Assembly: GCA_964019425.1 (NCBI GenBank)
Contig: OZ025798.1
Coordinates: 868,001 to 932,000 of the forward strand
Direction: 5' to 3'
Origin: Flectonema sp. DT1601
Taxonomy: Eukaryota
Length of the DNA stretch: 64,000 bases
The number at the start of each line of letters is the position of its first letter. Positions within the stretch are counted from its first letter, which is position 1. The position numbers and the translations under genes are program-made. Positions 37,778 to 50,268 of the stretch are shown here, piece by piece. The notes beneath the pieces were generated by a model. That model made no database searches and was not told where the DNA came from. It was given only the letters and a program-made list of their open reading frames with translations.

Positions 37778-38416
37778 ATGAGTGAAGTATCAGCCGAGAG
37801 ATCGCTCCCTAGCATTTCGCAACACAATTTTCATAATGTTCAGCAAGAGGGACGAGTTAGAAGAAGGTCAACAAAGGATAGAGACATAAGATCTAAACTA
37901 GTTCTGGGGAACAGAATTGAGGGTCACGAGAGAATTGATGTTCGCAAAGATGGAATTGAAAACACTTTATCAAGCGCTGGATGGATTAGCAATGCTGAAA
38001 GACTTAGATGTGATGTTGGTAATGAGGTTCGAAAAATTGATCAAAATAGAAAACAACATCGACAGGCATTGTGGGATTCCAACCGAAAAACCCGCATCAA
38101 CAGAGAAGCCTCACGTTGGGAACGCATCACAAAAGAGGAACAACTAAAGACCCACAAAAGCCAAGAAATCGTAGGACAGAGCAAACGCAATCGCTCTTCA
38201 GTACGCTATCACTTAATTAACCATATTTACAGCGATTCTAAATCTGCTGCTGACGCTAAATACAAAGACGACTGTATAAAATTCACAGCCACTACCAGAA
38301 CAAAGCAATTATATGAGAGGGGAAACCTCTCTGGGTACAATATAATAAACGGCGAGCAGCGTCCACATAATTTTGTTCAGGTGCCGCCTGTTCCGCAAAA
38401 GGCTGATGTTTGTTGA
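37778..38416 (+). CDS. Basic hypothetical protein
   Basis: 212-aa ORF behind a strong pyrimidine-tract AG; YHLINH and YNIING motifs. Confidence 0.65.
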   Translation: MSEVSAERSLPSISQHNFHNVQQEGRVRRRSTKDRDIRSKLVLGNRIEGHERIDVRKDGIENTLSSAGWISNAERLRCDVGNEVRKIDQNRKQHRQALWDSNRKTRINREASRWERITKEEQLKTHKSQEIVGQSKRNRSSVRYHLINHIYSDSKSAADAKYKDDCIKFTATTRTKQLYERGNLSGYNIINGEQRPHNFVQVPPVPQKADVC

Positions 38417-38664
38417 AGTTTTTTCCCCCCTCCTTTTTTTTTTTTTTTTTTTTTCGAGGTATCTGAGTCTAAGGTTTCTACCTTGGCAATATTCTTTTGT
38501 AGAAAAAGAAAGCTGAACTGTCTGGCTCACCTCCTCAAGTCTTTTCGTAACACTTTTGGTTTGTATCTGTCGTATTTGAAAGCTGCAAGAACAAGAAAAA
38601 AAAAAGAAACAATTACTATTTTTATATTAAAAAAACCCAAAGCCATTCACACAACGAAAAGAAA

Positions 38665-39144
38665 ATGGCGGATAAGAGACCGGCTGAGGATGAACCTGAA
38701 ATAAGAAAAATGTCAAAAATTGAGTCTGATTCCGAAGATGATCTCATAAAGGAGCTTGATGACATACCAGGATATCCAGAAGTTAAGGAAGAATGCTCTC
38801 TTGAGGTAACACAGATGATAAATAGCTATTTTGAAAAAATGAAAGAGCAAGGAGTCAGTGTAGCTCGTCACATCAAGAATAGACCAGATTTCAGCAGTCC
38901 TGATATGCTACCTAATGTAATAAAAGCCTATAATATAAAGCAATTCGATTCTAATCTTCCGAAAGAAGTTTGGTCAGACCCGACTGGGGATGATAATCCC
39001 AACGGCATTAGACCATCAGATATGCTTTCTGTTATCGCAGCTGAACTCTGTAGAAGAGAGCAACTAAAACCACAACAACAACAACCAGCAAAACCAAATA
39101 CCGGAAACAGCTTCAGACGTACCGGAGTTGCAAAGGTTAGGTAG
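38665..39144 (+). CDS. SAP30-binding protein/HCNGP-like
   Basis: HIKNRPDFSSPDMLPNVIKAYNIKQFDSNLPKEVW resembles the HCNGP core (F.NP.....L.....IDE.GSN.P...FDP). Confidence 0.65.
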   Translation: MADKRPAEDEPEIRKMSKIESDSEDDLIKELDDIPGYPEVKEECSLEVTQMINSYFEKMKEQGVSVARHIKNRPDFSSPDMLPNVIKAYNIKQFDSNLPKEVWSDPTGDDNPNGIRPSDMLSVIAAELCRREQLKPQQQQPAKPNTGNSFRRTGVAKVR

Positions 39145-39366
39145 CCTATCACATAGCAGGTAATTAATATAACGGTTGACTAAATGTCACTAGGGGAAAA
39201 GTCAAGTTAAGACATCAGTTTTATGATATTTTTTTACTGAAAAAAACGAGCGAAAAAACGTCGTTCTAATGAGCCCCGATATGCAGCTTTGCTTATTCTA
39301 TTTTTTTTTTCTTCTTTTTTTTCTTTCCAGAAAAGGGTTCGCAAAAAAAAAAAAAAAAAAACCAAA

Positions 39367-40932
39367 ATGAAGAATGAAGATATCCTCCCAGCCCTACAAG
39401 TCTTCTTCTTGTTAGGATGGATGCCTTTATTAGGACTTTGGTTAATGCTTGCTGGAATGTCAACTACGGGGTTAGCTATTGAGCTGTTGTATTGGGGAAC
39501 AATCATGAATTCGATTAGAAAAAGACCTGCTAATACACCACCATTCTTTAAGTGGGGATACGACGGGAAATACACTGGACCAAGTAGAGTTGAGATGTAT
39601 ATTTCTGTTGTGAGAGATGGACCTGATGTTATTATTACGAACTTTAAGAAGATGGCTGTTGGGTTTGGATTTGAAACATTCGGATTAGCGATCCCATCAA
39701 TCACATTTATATCTGGTCACACACCAGAACATGTTAAGCACGTTACTGAGACTAAGTTTGATAACTACGTAAAAGGTTCTTACTTTCATCAAGTATTCAA
39801 AGACGCCCTTGGAGATGGTATTTTTAACAGTGATGGTCCAGCATGGAAGAGTCAGCGTAGAGTCTCATCCCATTTATTCAGCGCCTGGCAACTTGAGAAC
39901 CGCATGTCTGAAGTCTTTCAAAAACACACTCAACAGTTTCTTGAAATCTTATCTGAGAAAGAAGGACAAGTCGTTGACATGCAACAAATGTTTTACTGTT
40001 TTACATTTGACTGCATTTACGAAATTGCTTTCGGAAAAGAAGTCAACTCTCTCGGTGGTAATGCTGAAGACGTTGAGTTCCAACAGGCCTTTGATACGGT
40101 TCAGAGAATTACTGCTCAAAGATTCCTATCAACGACTTGGAAATTAAAGAGACTCTTGGGAGTTGGTGACGAACGTGAAATGGCTGACGGCTTAAGAATC
40201 ATTAAAAAGTATGTTAACAATGTCATGAAAGAGCGTGTTGCTGAGTCAGCTAAAAGAAAGGAAGAAGACGTTGACGAGTCAAGTGATCTTCTCAGTCTTT
40301 TAGAATCTCACAGTGATGGCAACACTACTGATCAACTAATTGACTTTATTACTAACTTTACAATTGCTGGAAGAGATACTACAGCAAGTGCCTTAACGTG
40401 GACTATTTATGAATTATCAAAGAACCCTGAGCACAGACCTGCTCTCATTAACGAATTCAAGTCGATTGAAAACTACAAAGACATGGAGTTCACTCAGGCT
40501 GTTATTCAAGAAACTCTTCGTTTGTGGCCGTCGGTTCCTTTTGACTTGAAATTTGCAGTTGAAGAAGACACCTTACCATGTGGAACAAAAGTTTATCCTG
40601 GTGTTGCTGTGATGTACAACCCGTTCTTGTGTAACACAAATCCGCAGACTTACCCAGAACCTGAGTCATTCAAGCCTCACCGCTGGATGCAAGAAGATGG
40701 AACTTGCCGTAGGTATGATCCTAAGGGATTTGCCTATCCAACGTTCAACGCAGGAGCACGAATCTGCCTTGGCCGTCACATGGCTACTCAAGAAATGAAA
40801 ACGCTATTGTCATCTATCCTATCAGAATTTCATATTGACTTAACGCCTGATTTTAAACCTATGCCTGCCTACACGGTGGTGATGATGTCGAAGAATGGAT
40901 TACAATGTACTATTACAAAACGGGAAAAATAA
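39367..40932 (+). CDS. Cytochrome P450, CYP86-clan (CYP704/86/94)-like
   Basis: LGDGIFNSDGPAWKSQRR, IAGRDTT, ETLRLWPSVP, FKPHRW, heme motif FNAGARICLG; N-terminal hydrophobic anchor. Confidence 0.9.
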   Translation: MKNEDILPALQVFFLLGWMPLLGLWLMLAGMSTTGLAIELLYWGTIMNSIRKRPANTPPFFKWGYDGKYTGPSRVEMYISVVRDGPDVIITNFKKMAVGFGFETFGLAIPSITFISGHTPEHVKHVTETKFDNYVKGSYFHQVFKDALGDGIFNSDGPAWKSQRRVSSHLFSAWQLENRMSEVFQKHTQQFLEILSEKEGQVVDMQQMFYCFTFDCIYEIAFGKEVNSLGGNAEDVEFQQAFDTVQRITAQRFLSTTWKLKRLLGVGDEREMADGLRIIKKYVNNVMKERVAESAKRKEEDVDESSDLLSLLESHSDGNTTDQLIDFITNFTIAGRDTTASALTWTIYELSKNPEHRPALINEFKSIENYKDMEFTQAVIQETLRLWPSVPFDLKFAVEEDTLPCGTKVYPGVAVMYNPFLCNTNPQTYPEPESFKPHRWMQEDGTCRRYDPKGFAYPTFNAGARICLGRHMATQEMKTLLSSILSEFHIDLTPDFKPMPAYTVVMMSKNGLQCTITKREK

Positions 40933-41670
40933 ATTTGGAAAAAAAAAAAACTCTCTCCGAAAGCCTTGTATAATTGTGTTTACGTCGTGTGATTGTGAAA
41001 AAAAAAAAAAAAAAGAAATATAGAAAAAGAGAGAAGAAAAAAGAGAAACTTACCTCGTTTCCTTCCCCTAGCCGCCCTCCTAGCTAACTTAGTCTTAGAG
41101 AGATTATATCTTTGGTGTTGCGATGAGCTGGTTTTTTTCAATTCTCATTCTTGCTGTTGTCTTTTGAACGCTGAAATATATTTGTGATGTTGTTTTCAAA
41201 ATTTTTGTACTGCTAAACGTGTAGTGATAATTCTTGGTTTTTTTTTTTTTTTTTTCATTGAAAAAAAAAAAAATAAAAAAATAAAATGAAAGCGATCAAA
41301 AACAACGGCACGAAACCTTGGATGGAATTCCTATCGGACCTTTATATTTATTATTATTATTATTTTATTTCGAGTTTTTCTTTATTTACCTGTGAGTATG
41401 ATTGTCAGAGCCTTGAAGGACAGGATTGTTTCTTGAAATCAATAGGTGTCATGGTAAGATGCTTTAATCAATGTCACAAATCCAAAATACTTGATTAGCC
41501 TTTTCTTGCTTGTCATAAAACGCGAACTGCTTGCAGTTTTTATTTCTTTTCCCCTTGTTTAAAAAAAAAAAAAAAAAAAAGTTTTCCCTTTTTTTATGTT
41601 TTTCTCGTACTTTTTATTGACAACTACAATTTTTTTTTTTTCAGTCAAGTACTTGATATTAATTTTTTGT

Positions 41671-41718
41671 AATACCCTAAAGTTGTTACTGTTTTTACAT
41701 TGTCAAAGTTTCACCCCT
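41671..41718 (+). repeat. Dispersed intergenic motif, copy 2
   Basis: AATACCCTAAAGTTGTTACTGTTTTTACATTGTCAAAGTTTCACCCCT. Confidence 0.8.
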
Positions 41719-42644
41719 CCCAAAAAATAATTTTTTTTTTTTTTTTTATAAATTTCTTGTGATAACTCCGAATTAAATACTTTTCTGGGCATGCTTACGT
41801 GTAATCTAACATTACCTGTTAGTCTCTTGTGAGACTGCAGTTTTTCCCCTTTCAAACCTCTTGGTTTATTCTGTTTGCATTCTTCTTTCAAAAGAGTTGC
41901 TAACGTATCGTTGTTATAGCATGCTTTTTATTGTTTAATTGAACATTCTTATTGTTTTTGTGAGAACATCCGCAAAGTAATGTTCTTGATATCCAATTTT
42001 TCAGTATCGAATTATCGGTGATGTTTTTTTTTAATTTTTTTTTATAATTTTTATCGTATTTTCGCTCTACTTATGCTTCTGTTTTTATTAAGCGTTTTTT
42101 TTTTTTTTCTTTTTTTTTTCCCGTTCTTTTTTTCTCTTTAAATAATCGCTATTGGCACCAAAATGTTGAGACGATCACCTATTTTCTTTTTTTGCATAGG
42201 CTAAAACTGCTTCAGCCTTGTTGAGTATTGAAATCGGACGTACCATTCTTAAGTACGAACGGTATCCGGAAATCGAACTGGTAGAATGGTTCAAAAGAAA
42301 AAAAAAAAAAAAATCCCTTTAAAAAATATTGTTTGTGTGTTTTTGTACTATAATAAAATTGCGATAAAGTTTTGACTTTTTTGATCCACTTTAGTGGTAC
42401 CAAGTTGTCATAAATTTAAAAAAAAAAAAAAAACAAGTATTGTAAGAAAGAAAAAGAGTGTTGGCAGCACACGTAAACTTCCTTTAGCTTTATCAGTTTA
42501 AGTCGGTTAACGGTTTTGTGCAGAAACAAAAAAATAATACAAAGTGTTGAAACTAAAATCCCACAGGAATTTAGTTAACTAGTCCTTATTGTTGGGGCGC
42601 CCGACCCCCCGATAGACTTATATCGTGTTATTAAATATCGTAGT

Positions 42645-42680
<36 letters not shown>

Positions 42681-43184
42681 TGCTAGGCCTAAGTTTTGGG
42701 AAGAAATAATTTGTGCAACTTTCTTGCTCACCGATCTAGATATCTTGGAAGTTATTACAAAAAAAAAGATGAAATAATGATCAATTTTCTTAGTTGGGCG
42801 ACCATTTCAGTTTGGGTTCTTTCGAGCTGTGTTATGTTGTTATTTTTTTTTCCCCTTAAATTTTCATGTATTCCGAGGACGCTTTGAAAAAAAAAAAAAA
42901 AAAAATTTAATTTCTGAGAGAGACAACGTGATGTGTAATCGAAAAAAAAAAGAAGATTTTTTTAGAGAAGTGATATTTTTGTTTGACGTACCTAGGCAAA
43001 GAGTAATCAAGCATTATATTACTGGATCTTCATTTATTATCCCGTTTTTTTTCTTCTCTCTCCCCTCTCTGTTTTCTTTTATTACGAATATTTGATCTTA
43101 AAGTAACTACACTGTTTGTTTTCATAACAAAAAAAGTGCGCTAGTGTGCTACGAACTAGCTCCTATAACGGTTTTTCTTATACC

Positions 43185-43230
43185 AATACCCAAAGTTGTT
43201 GCTGTTTTACATTGTTGAAGTGTCACCCCC
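43185..43230 (+). repeat. Dispersed intergenic motif, copy 3
   Basis: AATACCCAAAGTTGTTGCTGTTTTACATTGTTGAAGTGTCACCCCC. Confidence 0.75.
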
Positions 43231-43787
43231 CGTCTTTCCGGTGCACTGAATGACAACACGGAATAAGGGATGTGAATTCAGCTAAGTTAGAAACATTTAT
43301 TATAATGTAAAGTGCTCCACGTAGTTGTTTACCTTTAGTCAACGTGTATCATAACTAAATGTTTTATTTTAGTTAAACTCTTGGCACAAAACAAATATTT
43401 ATTTCTTCATAGATATATTCCTACATTTCAATATCCCTCTCTCCTGGAGTCTTTTCCTGGTGGTAGCTTTCTTAAAACAACTACATAAGCAATCATTGTA
43501 ACACCTAATTCCTACAGATTACATCTCATTGACAACACAATTATAATTGAATGAACCAATGTCGTAATTTTCACAAAAATCAAACGTACTAAACCCCCCC
43601 CGCACATATGGGATTTTTTATCGATACCAACTGTTGATTTCTTATATTGCACCCAGGTTTGGCCGAACCCTATTCTCGTTTTTGCCAGTTTCAAGTTGCT
43701 TTCCATTTAATATTAGTATCAAGTTACCCCCCTCTATGATCACAACAAACACCAATTCTGCTTCATAGATTATACGTAAAATATAAA

Positions 43788-44808
43788 ATGTCTGAGGGAC
43801 AAGAAAAACAAAAAAAAAAAAGAGATACGAAGGACATTGAAGATGCAGCATTAGGTGAGTCAACCGTCGATGATGAAGAACTAGAAAGAGTTAAACAGCA
43901 AAAATATGATGAAATAAAAATAACAGTTTTAGAAAATATAGAGCAAGTTGTGGTGGTTGATCCTGGACAACGAATGGCAAAATGGTATAAAATGAAAAAA
44001 AAAATGATGGATGCCGTTGGAATCAGCCAACCAGAAAATATAAATGACCCAGCATTACATAAAGGCGAAGCTGTATATGTACTTGCAAAAGCTAATCATC
44101 CACTCAAGGACGATGATACTCGTATTTTACTTATTGAAAAAAGTCGTGGACAAGGAATCGTCATCCTCCCTGAAAGCGCTTCAAAACCGATTCTTGGTCG
44201 AGTCGCTATAGTTGCTGCTGGTCAGCAATACAGTAATTGGTCATCAATGGAAGAAAAGATGAATATAAAGGTAACACCTGACTTCAAAGCAAAAATTGGA
44301 CACACTGGAATAATACTTGCCAGAGAAAAACATCCAAAAGACGAAGACATTACCGTACTGGCAATCGACATTACTGATGGCGGTATTATTCTTGTAAAGT
44401 CACAAGCAATATCACAATTACCCATTGACATAGCAGAGATATCTGATCCAGAGGGTAGGTATTACCCTTGGCCACAGATGGCTGAAAAACTTGGAATCGA
44501 AGATGAGTCACCCTCTCCGATCCCAACGCTTAATCAAATTGGTATTACAATGGTATGCTACTCTGGTCTTCTTTAGATTTTAAAATCTTGATTGGCATCG
44601 TCATTATCATCATCATAATATCACAGGCTGAATCACCTCATTTAACCGAAAAGGATACCACGGTTGTCGCTCTTAAGCTTCTCAAAGGTTTGAATATTTG
44701 TTTGTTTTGTTGTCTTGTCTTTATTATCAAAAAAGGAAGAAAAAAACAACAACAGGAGGCAGAACTGTAATGATGGACAAGAGCAGTCTACGTTTTGTTA
44801 AATACTGA
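43788..44808 (+). CDS. Hypothetical protein with three tandem ~75-80-aa repeats; exons 43788-44552,44627-44687,44756-44808
   Basis: Two GT-AG introns restore the frame and complete the third repeat (see findings). Confidence 0.75.
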
Positions 44809-44963
44809 TACTGAAGTTAACTATCCAGACGCAGAATTTCTTGCGTTTGTTGTGGAAAAAAATCGATTCGTTTAATGCCTATCAGGGGCACGTTTATTTC
44901 GTTTTTTTTTTTCATTTCTTTTTTAAAATTAACTTTCATCATCCACAGTCGATCACTTAAGAG

Positions 44964-47565
44964 ATGGGAGGCGGCATGGGGATGTTCATGTTGGGGTGCC
45001 TCTTCACATTCACAGCAGGGTGGTCGCTGTTATACATAAAGCTGTCTTCTGATATTAAACAATTAACCACTATGAATAATCTTATGGAAGCACAGCTTAT
45101 ACGACTCGATATCAAAATACCAACAACTGAAGAAGACAATTCAGCGAGTGATATGCTAGATCTTGAGACATGGATATTTCTATCAGCAATTGGTATTCTG
45201 GTCTTCTTAGGTATGAGATTCTCTCTTAGAGAATACGCTTTGCTTAAGCGAACTCGTATTGGTATGGAAGAAGCTCAGTTAGAAGCAGAAACTGATGCAA
45301 CTGCTCACAAAGGTTCAATGCAACGGCTTGCAAAGCATTTCATCATGTATAGGTTAGATTATTATTTTAGTGCTTCAGCATATAGTAAACCATTAACACT
45401 ATTCGTGTTAACTCTCGGATTGATCATCGCGGGAGGGTTTGCAAGAACAATGGTACGAACTGAAAGTATTGGATCTGCGATGTGGCACTCTTGGGGGTTC
45501 ATCGCTGATTCTGGAGCTCATGCAGACGAAACTGAAACCGGCCCTCGAATAGTTGGTCTTCTCTGCACAATCGGAGGAATGCTTGTGTTCGCTCTCGTCA
45601 TCGGGTTGATATCGGATGCGATTTCCGAAAAATTTGATTCTCTCAAACGAGGCAAAGCAAAAGTAATTGAAACCGATCACACCTTAATCCTTGGATGGTC
45701 TGATAAAACCCTGCCTCTGATTCGTGAAATAGCTGTAGCTAATGAATCATTAGTTAAAGAAGGAAAAACATGTGTCATAGCTGTTCTCGCAGAGGTAGAT
45801 AAAGAAATGATGGAATCAGAGATACGTGAATCTCGAATATTAGAATTAGGATCGATGGTTGTTTGTAGAACTGGTAACCCAACTGTTCTACATGACTTAC
45901 AACATGTTTCAGCAAAAACAGCTCGTTCTGTGATTGTATTGTCCAGTGTTGGGATGTCTGCTGATGAAGCTGACGCGAAATCTCTGCGGGTAGTTCTTTG
46001 CTTAGTCGGGTTACAATATACCAGAGGACATATAACTGTTGAGGTAGCTGATGTTGATAATAAAGAACTTGTTCACATAATAGGAAAAGATTCTGTTGAA
46101 ACGGTAGTGGCACACGATTTTATTGGTAGGCTTATCGTCCAATCAAGCAGACAACCAGGACTTGCACCGATTCTAGAACGCGTCCTTGGATTTGAAGGTT
46201 GTGAATTTTACATGGAAGAATGGTCGATACTTGTTGGTTTGAAATTTTCGGAAGCCTTATTTCATTTTAACGATGCTGTTCCTGTTGGGATAGCATATCA
46301 CGATCCGCTTGACTTAAATAAAAAAATTACTAAATTAAATCCACCTGATGACTTCATTATTAAAGAAGGAATGGAAATCATTGTACTCGCTGAGGACGAT
46401 GATTCGTACACTCCTTCTGATAAGTTGCTCGCACAGTACCCACCAGCGAGATCGCCACGTAAAAAAAATAAAATCCACCTTCAAAATCGAATCGTTCCCA
46501 AAAAAAAGAAAGAAAAAGTTTTATTTATTGGATGGCGGAGAGATCTAGGAGACATGCTACACGAGTTAGATGAAGTAGTTGCCGAGGGATCAGAACTTTT
46601 TATTTTTAGCACAGTTCCTCTCAATCAACGTGAAGAGAAGCTATCGGCAAACGGCAGAGATGCCCATCTGTCACTTAAAAATTTAACATTGGTTCATGTT
46701 TGTGGTAATCCCGTAGTGAGGTTTGTGTCATATGTTCTCATACTCTCATTTTGTTTCTTATCAAAAACAAAAACAAAAACAAAAAAACAGGCGTTCAATA
46801 GAAAAACTTGACGTTAACACATTTGACTCTGTTTTTATCCTCGCAGATGAAGAATTCGAGGTATGTTTTTTTTTTTTTTTTTTAAAAACCCTTTTGTTTA
46901 TCATGACAAGAAATGCTCTACTAATCATTTTCACACAGTCTGACATGGAAGCAGCAGACGGTCGTTCTCTAACTAGTTTGTTGTTAATCAGAGATATCAG
47001 GAAACGGAGGAGACAAGAATTGTTGTTAGAACAGGCGCAGATGTCTCCACGAGGGAAAAAGAAAAAAAATAAAAACGGAGGAGGCAAAGATAAGGACAAG
47101 GACAATAACGGAGTCGCGACACCACAGACACCTCTCTCTGCAACAGGGACTCCAAGAGTGGTATTTGAGACAGATGGTGATACTGATGTCAGTGTCGTCT
47201 CAGAAGTCATGGATCCCAGAACCAGATCTCTAATTAGTTTAGCGAAGGTATCGGATTACGTTATGTCAAACGAAATGGTGTCGGCAGCTTTAGCAATGGT
47301 CGCTGAATGCAGAGATGTCAATGCTATTTTAAAAGAACTGCTCTCCTCAGATGGAAATGAAATATATGTTCGTGCCATAGAAGACTATATTCCTGTCCCT
47401 CAAACTCTTAGCTATTGGGACCTGATGTCGGAGGTACGCACTCACCAGTCCATTCTACTGGGCTATCGAATTCAAGAAGAGGAACCACAACTCAATCCTG
47501 AAAACAAGTCAGAAGCAATCAACTGGCAGAAGGGAGATAAGGTCGTGTTACTGGCTGAAGACTGA
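44964..47565 (+). CDS. CASTOR/POLLUX/DMI1-like cation channel; exons 44964-46720,46791-46860,46939-47565
   Basis: YRLDYYFS..KPLTL; filter SWGFIADSGAHAD (plant ADSGNHAD); GGMLVFA; HTLILGWSDK; QPGLAPILERVLGFEGCEFY; GWRRD; ADGRSLTSLLLIRDI; DYVMSNEMVSAALAMVAE. Confidence 0.92.
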
Positions 47566-50268
47566 GATTCTCATAAATTTATTATTTTGAGATCTTGTTT
47601 TTTAAAAGGTGACTTTTCTTATCGGGAACTTTTCTGTTTTTTTGTTTTGTTTTTAATTATGATTTGTTTTTTTTGTTTTCTTTTCTTTTTTTCGATAGTC
47701 CGTTTAATATGTTAGTCTTCTTCTTTGTCATTACTTATCCAGAATTTTATTCTGTTTTTTTTTTTTTTTTTTTTTTTTTCCCACCGACGAAGTCGGAGAA
47801 AAAAACTATTTCAGACTAAGAACCGTTTATTTATTATTACGGTTGCGCACAAATACAAAAGTGTGAGTAAAAAGATTAAAAAGGTGAAGTTTTCCGATTC
47901 TTCTTTATGTCATGTTACCCGTTTCCCTGTGCGCCAGTAATTGTCTGTGATCAACACAGTTATAATGACTTTTTATCTGACTGGTTTTTTTTCGTTTCAA
48001 TTTCTGAGTTTTACGAGCAGCAAAAAAAAAAAAGAAAAAAAATAAAAAGACGATTACGTGTTTCCAGTTTGGCACAAAAACACAAACGAAAAAGTGTGAT
48101 TATTAGAATCGTTTTTTTGCTACCCGAGCAGGAAAAAAAAAGCATCAAACTTAGCGTCCGTTTGTATTGTGCTGACCAAAGGGAGCCAACGTGCTATTCC
48201 TCTTTTTTTTCTTCTTCTAAAAAAGTCATTCTGTTCTGTCCGAACCGATTGCCTTCCGGTATTTCAGCCTGTCATTGCCAGTTGCTCGTGTGGTTGTTAT
48301 CCGACTACAAGGGGAGAGTACTGTATCAAAAAAAATAGTGTCCTTTGTATTCATTTCGATAATGTTTGTCTCTGTTGTTGTTGTTGTTTTACGTTGATAT
48401 ACATGGCTATCAAATACACGGGAGAGGAGGGAGAGAAATAAATATAAAAAAGAAAAAAAAATCTCAACTTGAGTTAATTTAAAATTTCTGTTGCCATTCA
48501 TAGAGAAAAGGAGGAGGAAAAAAATATAAAAATAAAATAAAAAAATGGTATTTAGACTATTAAAGTAAAAAGTAAAGTCTCTTTTTCTTGCGTCTCTATT
48601 AACCCTTATGCCGCCATAAGAAGTCCCCAACAAAACTGGGTATACAATCTTAGTGTTTTTTTCCAAAAAACAAAAAAGTTCCCCCACTAGAAATCCCAAA
48701 TATCACTGCGGGCAAATCCTTCTGCTTGTGTCTTACCGGACTGGTTCATGTTAGGGACAACTTGTGAACTCGGAAGTGTTGTACTGCTGGACTCTGCTAT
48801 TTCTATTCATAGCTGCTGCATGTTCTTCCCTTCCCGAACTATGTTCAGATGTATATAGTGAATCTTGGCCAACTACCCGACAAAAAAAAAAAATCGCGGC
48901 GCACAGCAGGTCAGGAAAATCGCAAGAATACCTGTCCTATGAAAATTTTGTTTCACTTATCGAAGGAGTTTTTTTTTTTTTTTTTTTTAATTTTAATCTG
49001 ATGTATCAACTCATGGTGGTGTAAGGGTTAAATTATATTCTATTTCACGACATGTTCTAAGTTATTTGTATCTATTTTTATCGAATCAAGTGTCCCTTCC
49101 TGATCCCCCATACCCCCTATTATCTCGTTCATTTTGAAAGTCACAGGTTCTGTCTTGTCGATTAAACCTGCATTTGGGTGTTCGTTTATATTCCTTACGC
49201 ACATTTAAAAGTTGTCCATGTATGTATACTACGCTTCCTGTAAGAGAGGAGGTGCGAACAGGGGCTTCAGTGCAATCGATGAGGGCTTTTCTTCAAAGAA
49301 GAAGAAAAGGAAAAAAAAAAAAGAGAAAAAATTATTTGAGACCTCTAATTGGTTTTGTGTTGTTATCACTTGTGTAGCTGTTCCTTCTCACTCGAATGGG
49401 AAGGGAAAAAAAAAAAAAAAAAAAGATTTTTTTCTCTTAGTGGCGGTGTAAATAGCCAAATTTTCTCTTACGACGTGTGTTCTCTCACTATCATGTTGGC
49501 CTTCCTTACACAGCCTTTTATGTTGTTTCGGAATTTGATTGTAGATTCGACTTTTGTTTCGGAGAAAAAAAAAAAAAAAAAAAGAGTCGGGCACTTCTTT
49601 CCTTTTCTTTAGGTTCGTTTCTGCTTGTTTGAATTAAATTGTTTTTGCTGCCCTTCGGATCACATTTGCCTCTTTTTGAATTTTCCAAACGTATTTGAGC
49701 AAAAAAAATAAAATAAAAATACTACCTTTTTCATCTTTGCTGCTGTCCCAACTGGGGGAACAGGTGAAAAAAATAGGGGAGTGAAATAGAATTACCTATT
49801 TCGCTATTATTTCCTGTGATCAATGCAGTCTCTTACCTTAAATGTAAATGCATGGAAGTGTACAAATCTGTGCTTCTCACCAAAAAAAAAAAAAAAAACT
49901 TGTAATAGTGGGAGAACCGTTGCACGTCGAATGTAACTATTAAAAATTGGCTTTCGATTTGGTAGTCTGAAAAAAAAAAAAAAGAATGAGGTTTACTTTT
50001 TGTTCCTTTATTGTACTGAATACGCGAAACCACTCCTGTACATGACCGTCTGTTTGATGAGTTTTTTCTTCTTTTTTTTTTTCTTTTTCTATTTTTTACG
50101 AAACAATACTTGGCACAATTGTCAGGAGAACGGGAAAAAAAAAAAAAAAAAAAAAAAAAAGAGTTGTTGCATCTCAGTGCATCTTGTAAATCAAGTTAAC
50201 AAAAAAAAAAAAACTCATCAAACTTTGTATTTTAATGTTTTTCTATCAAACAGACACAAGGATAGGAA

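Noticed and set aside
47725..50268. Cluster of short ORFs in the gap after the channel gene
   Set aside because: Low-complexity K/F-rich translations with non-ATG starts and no coding signature.
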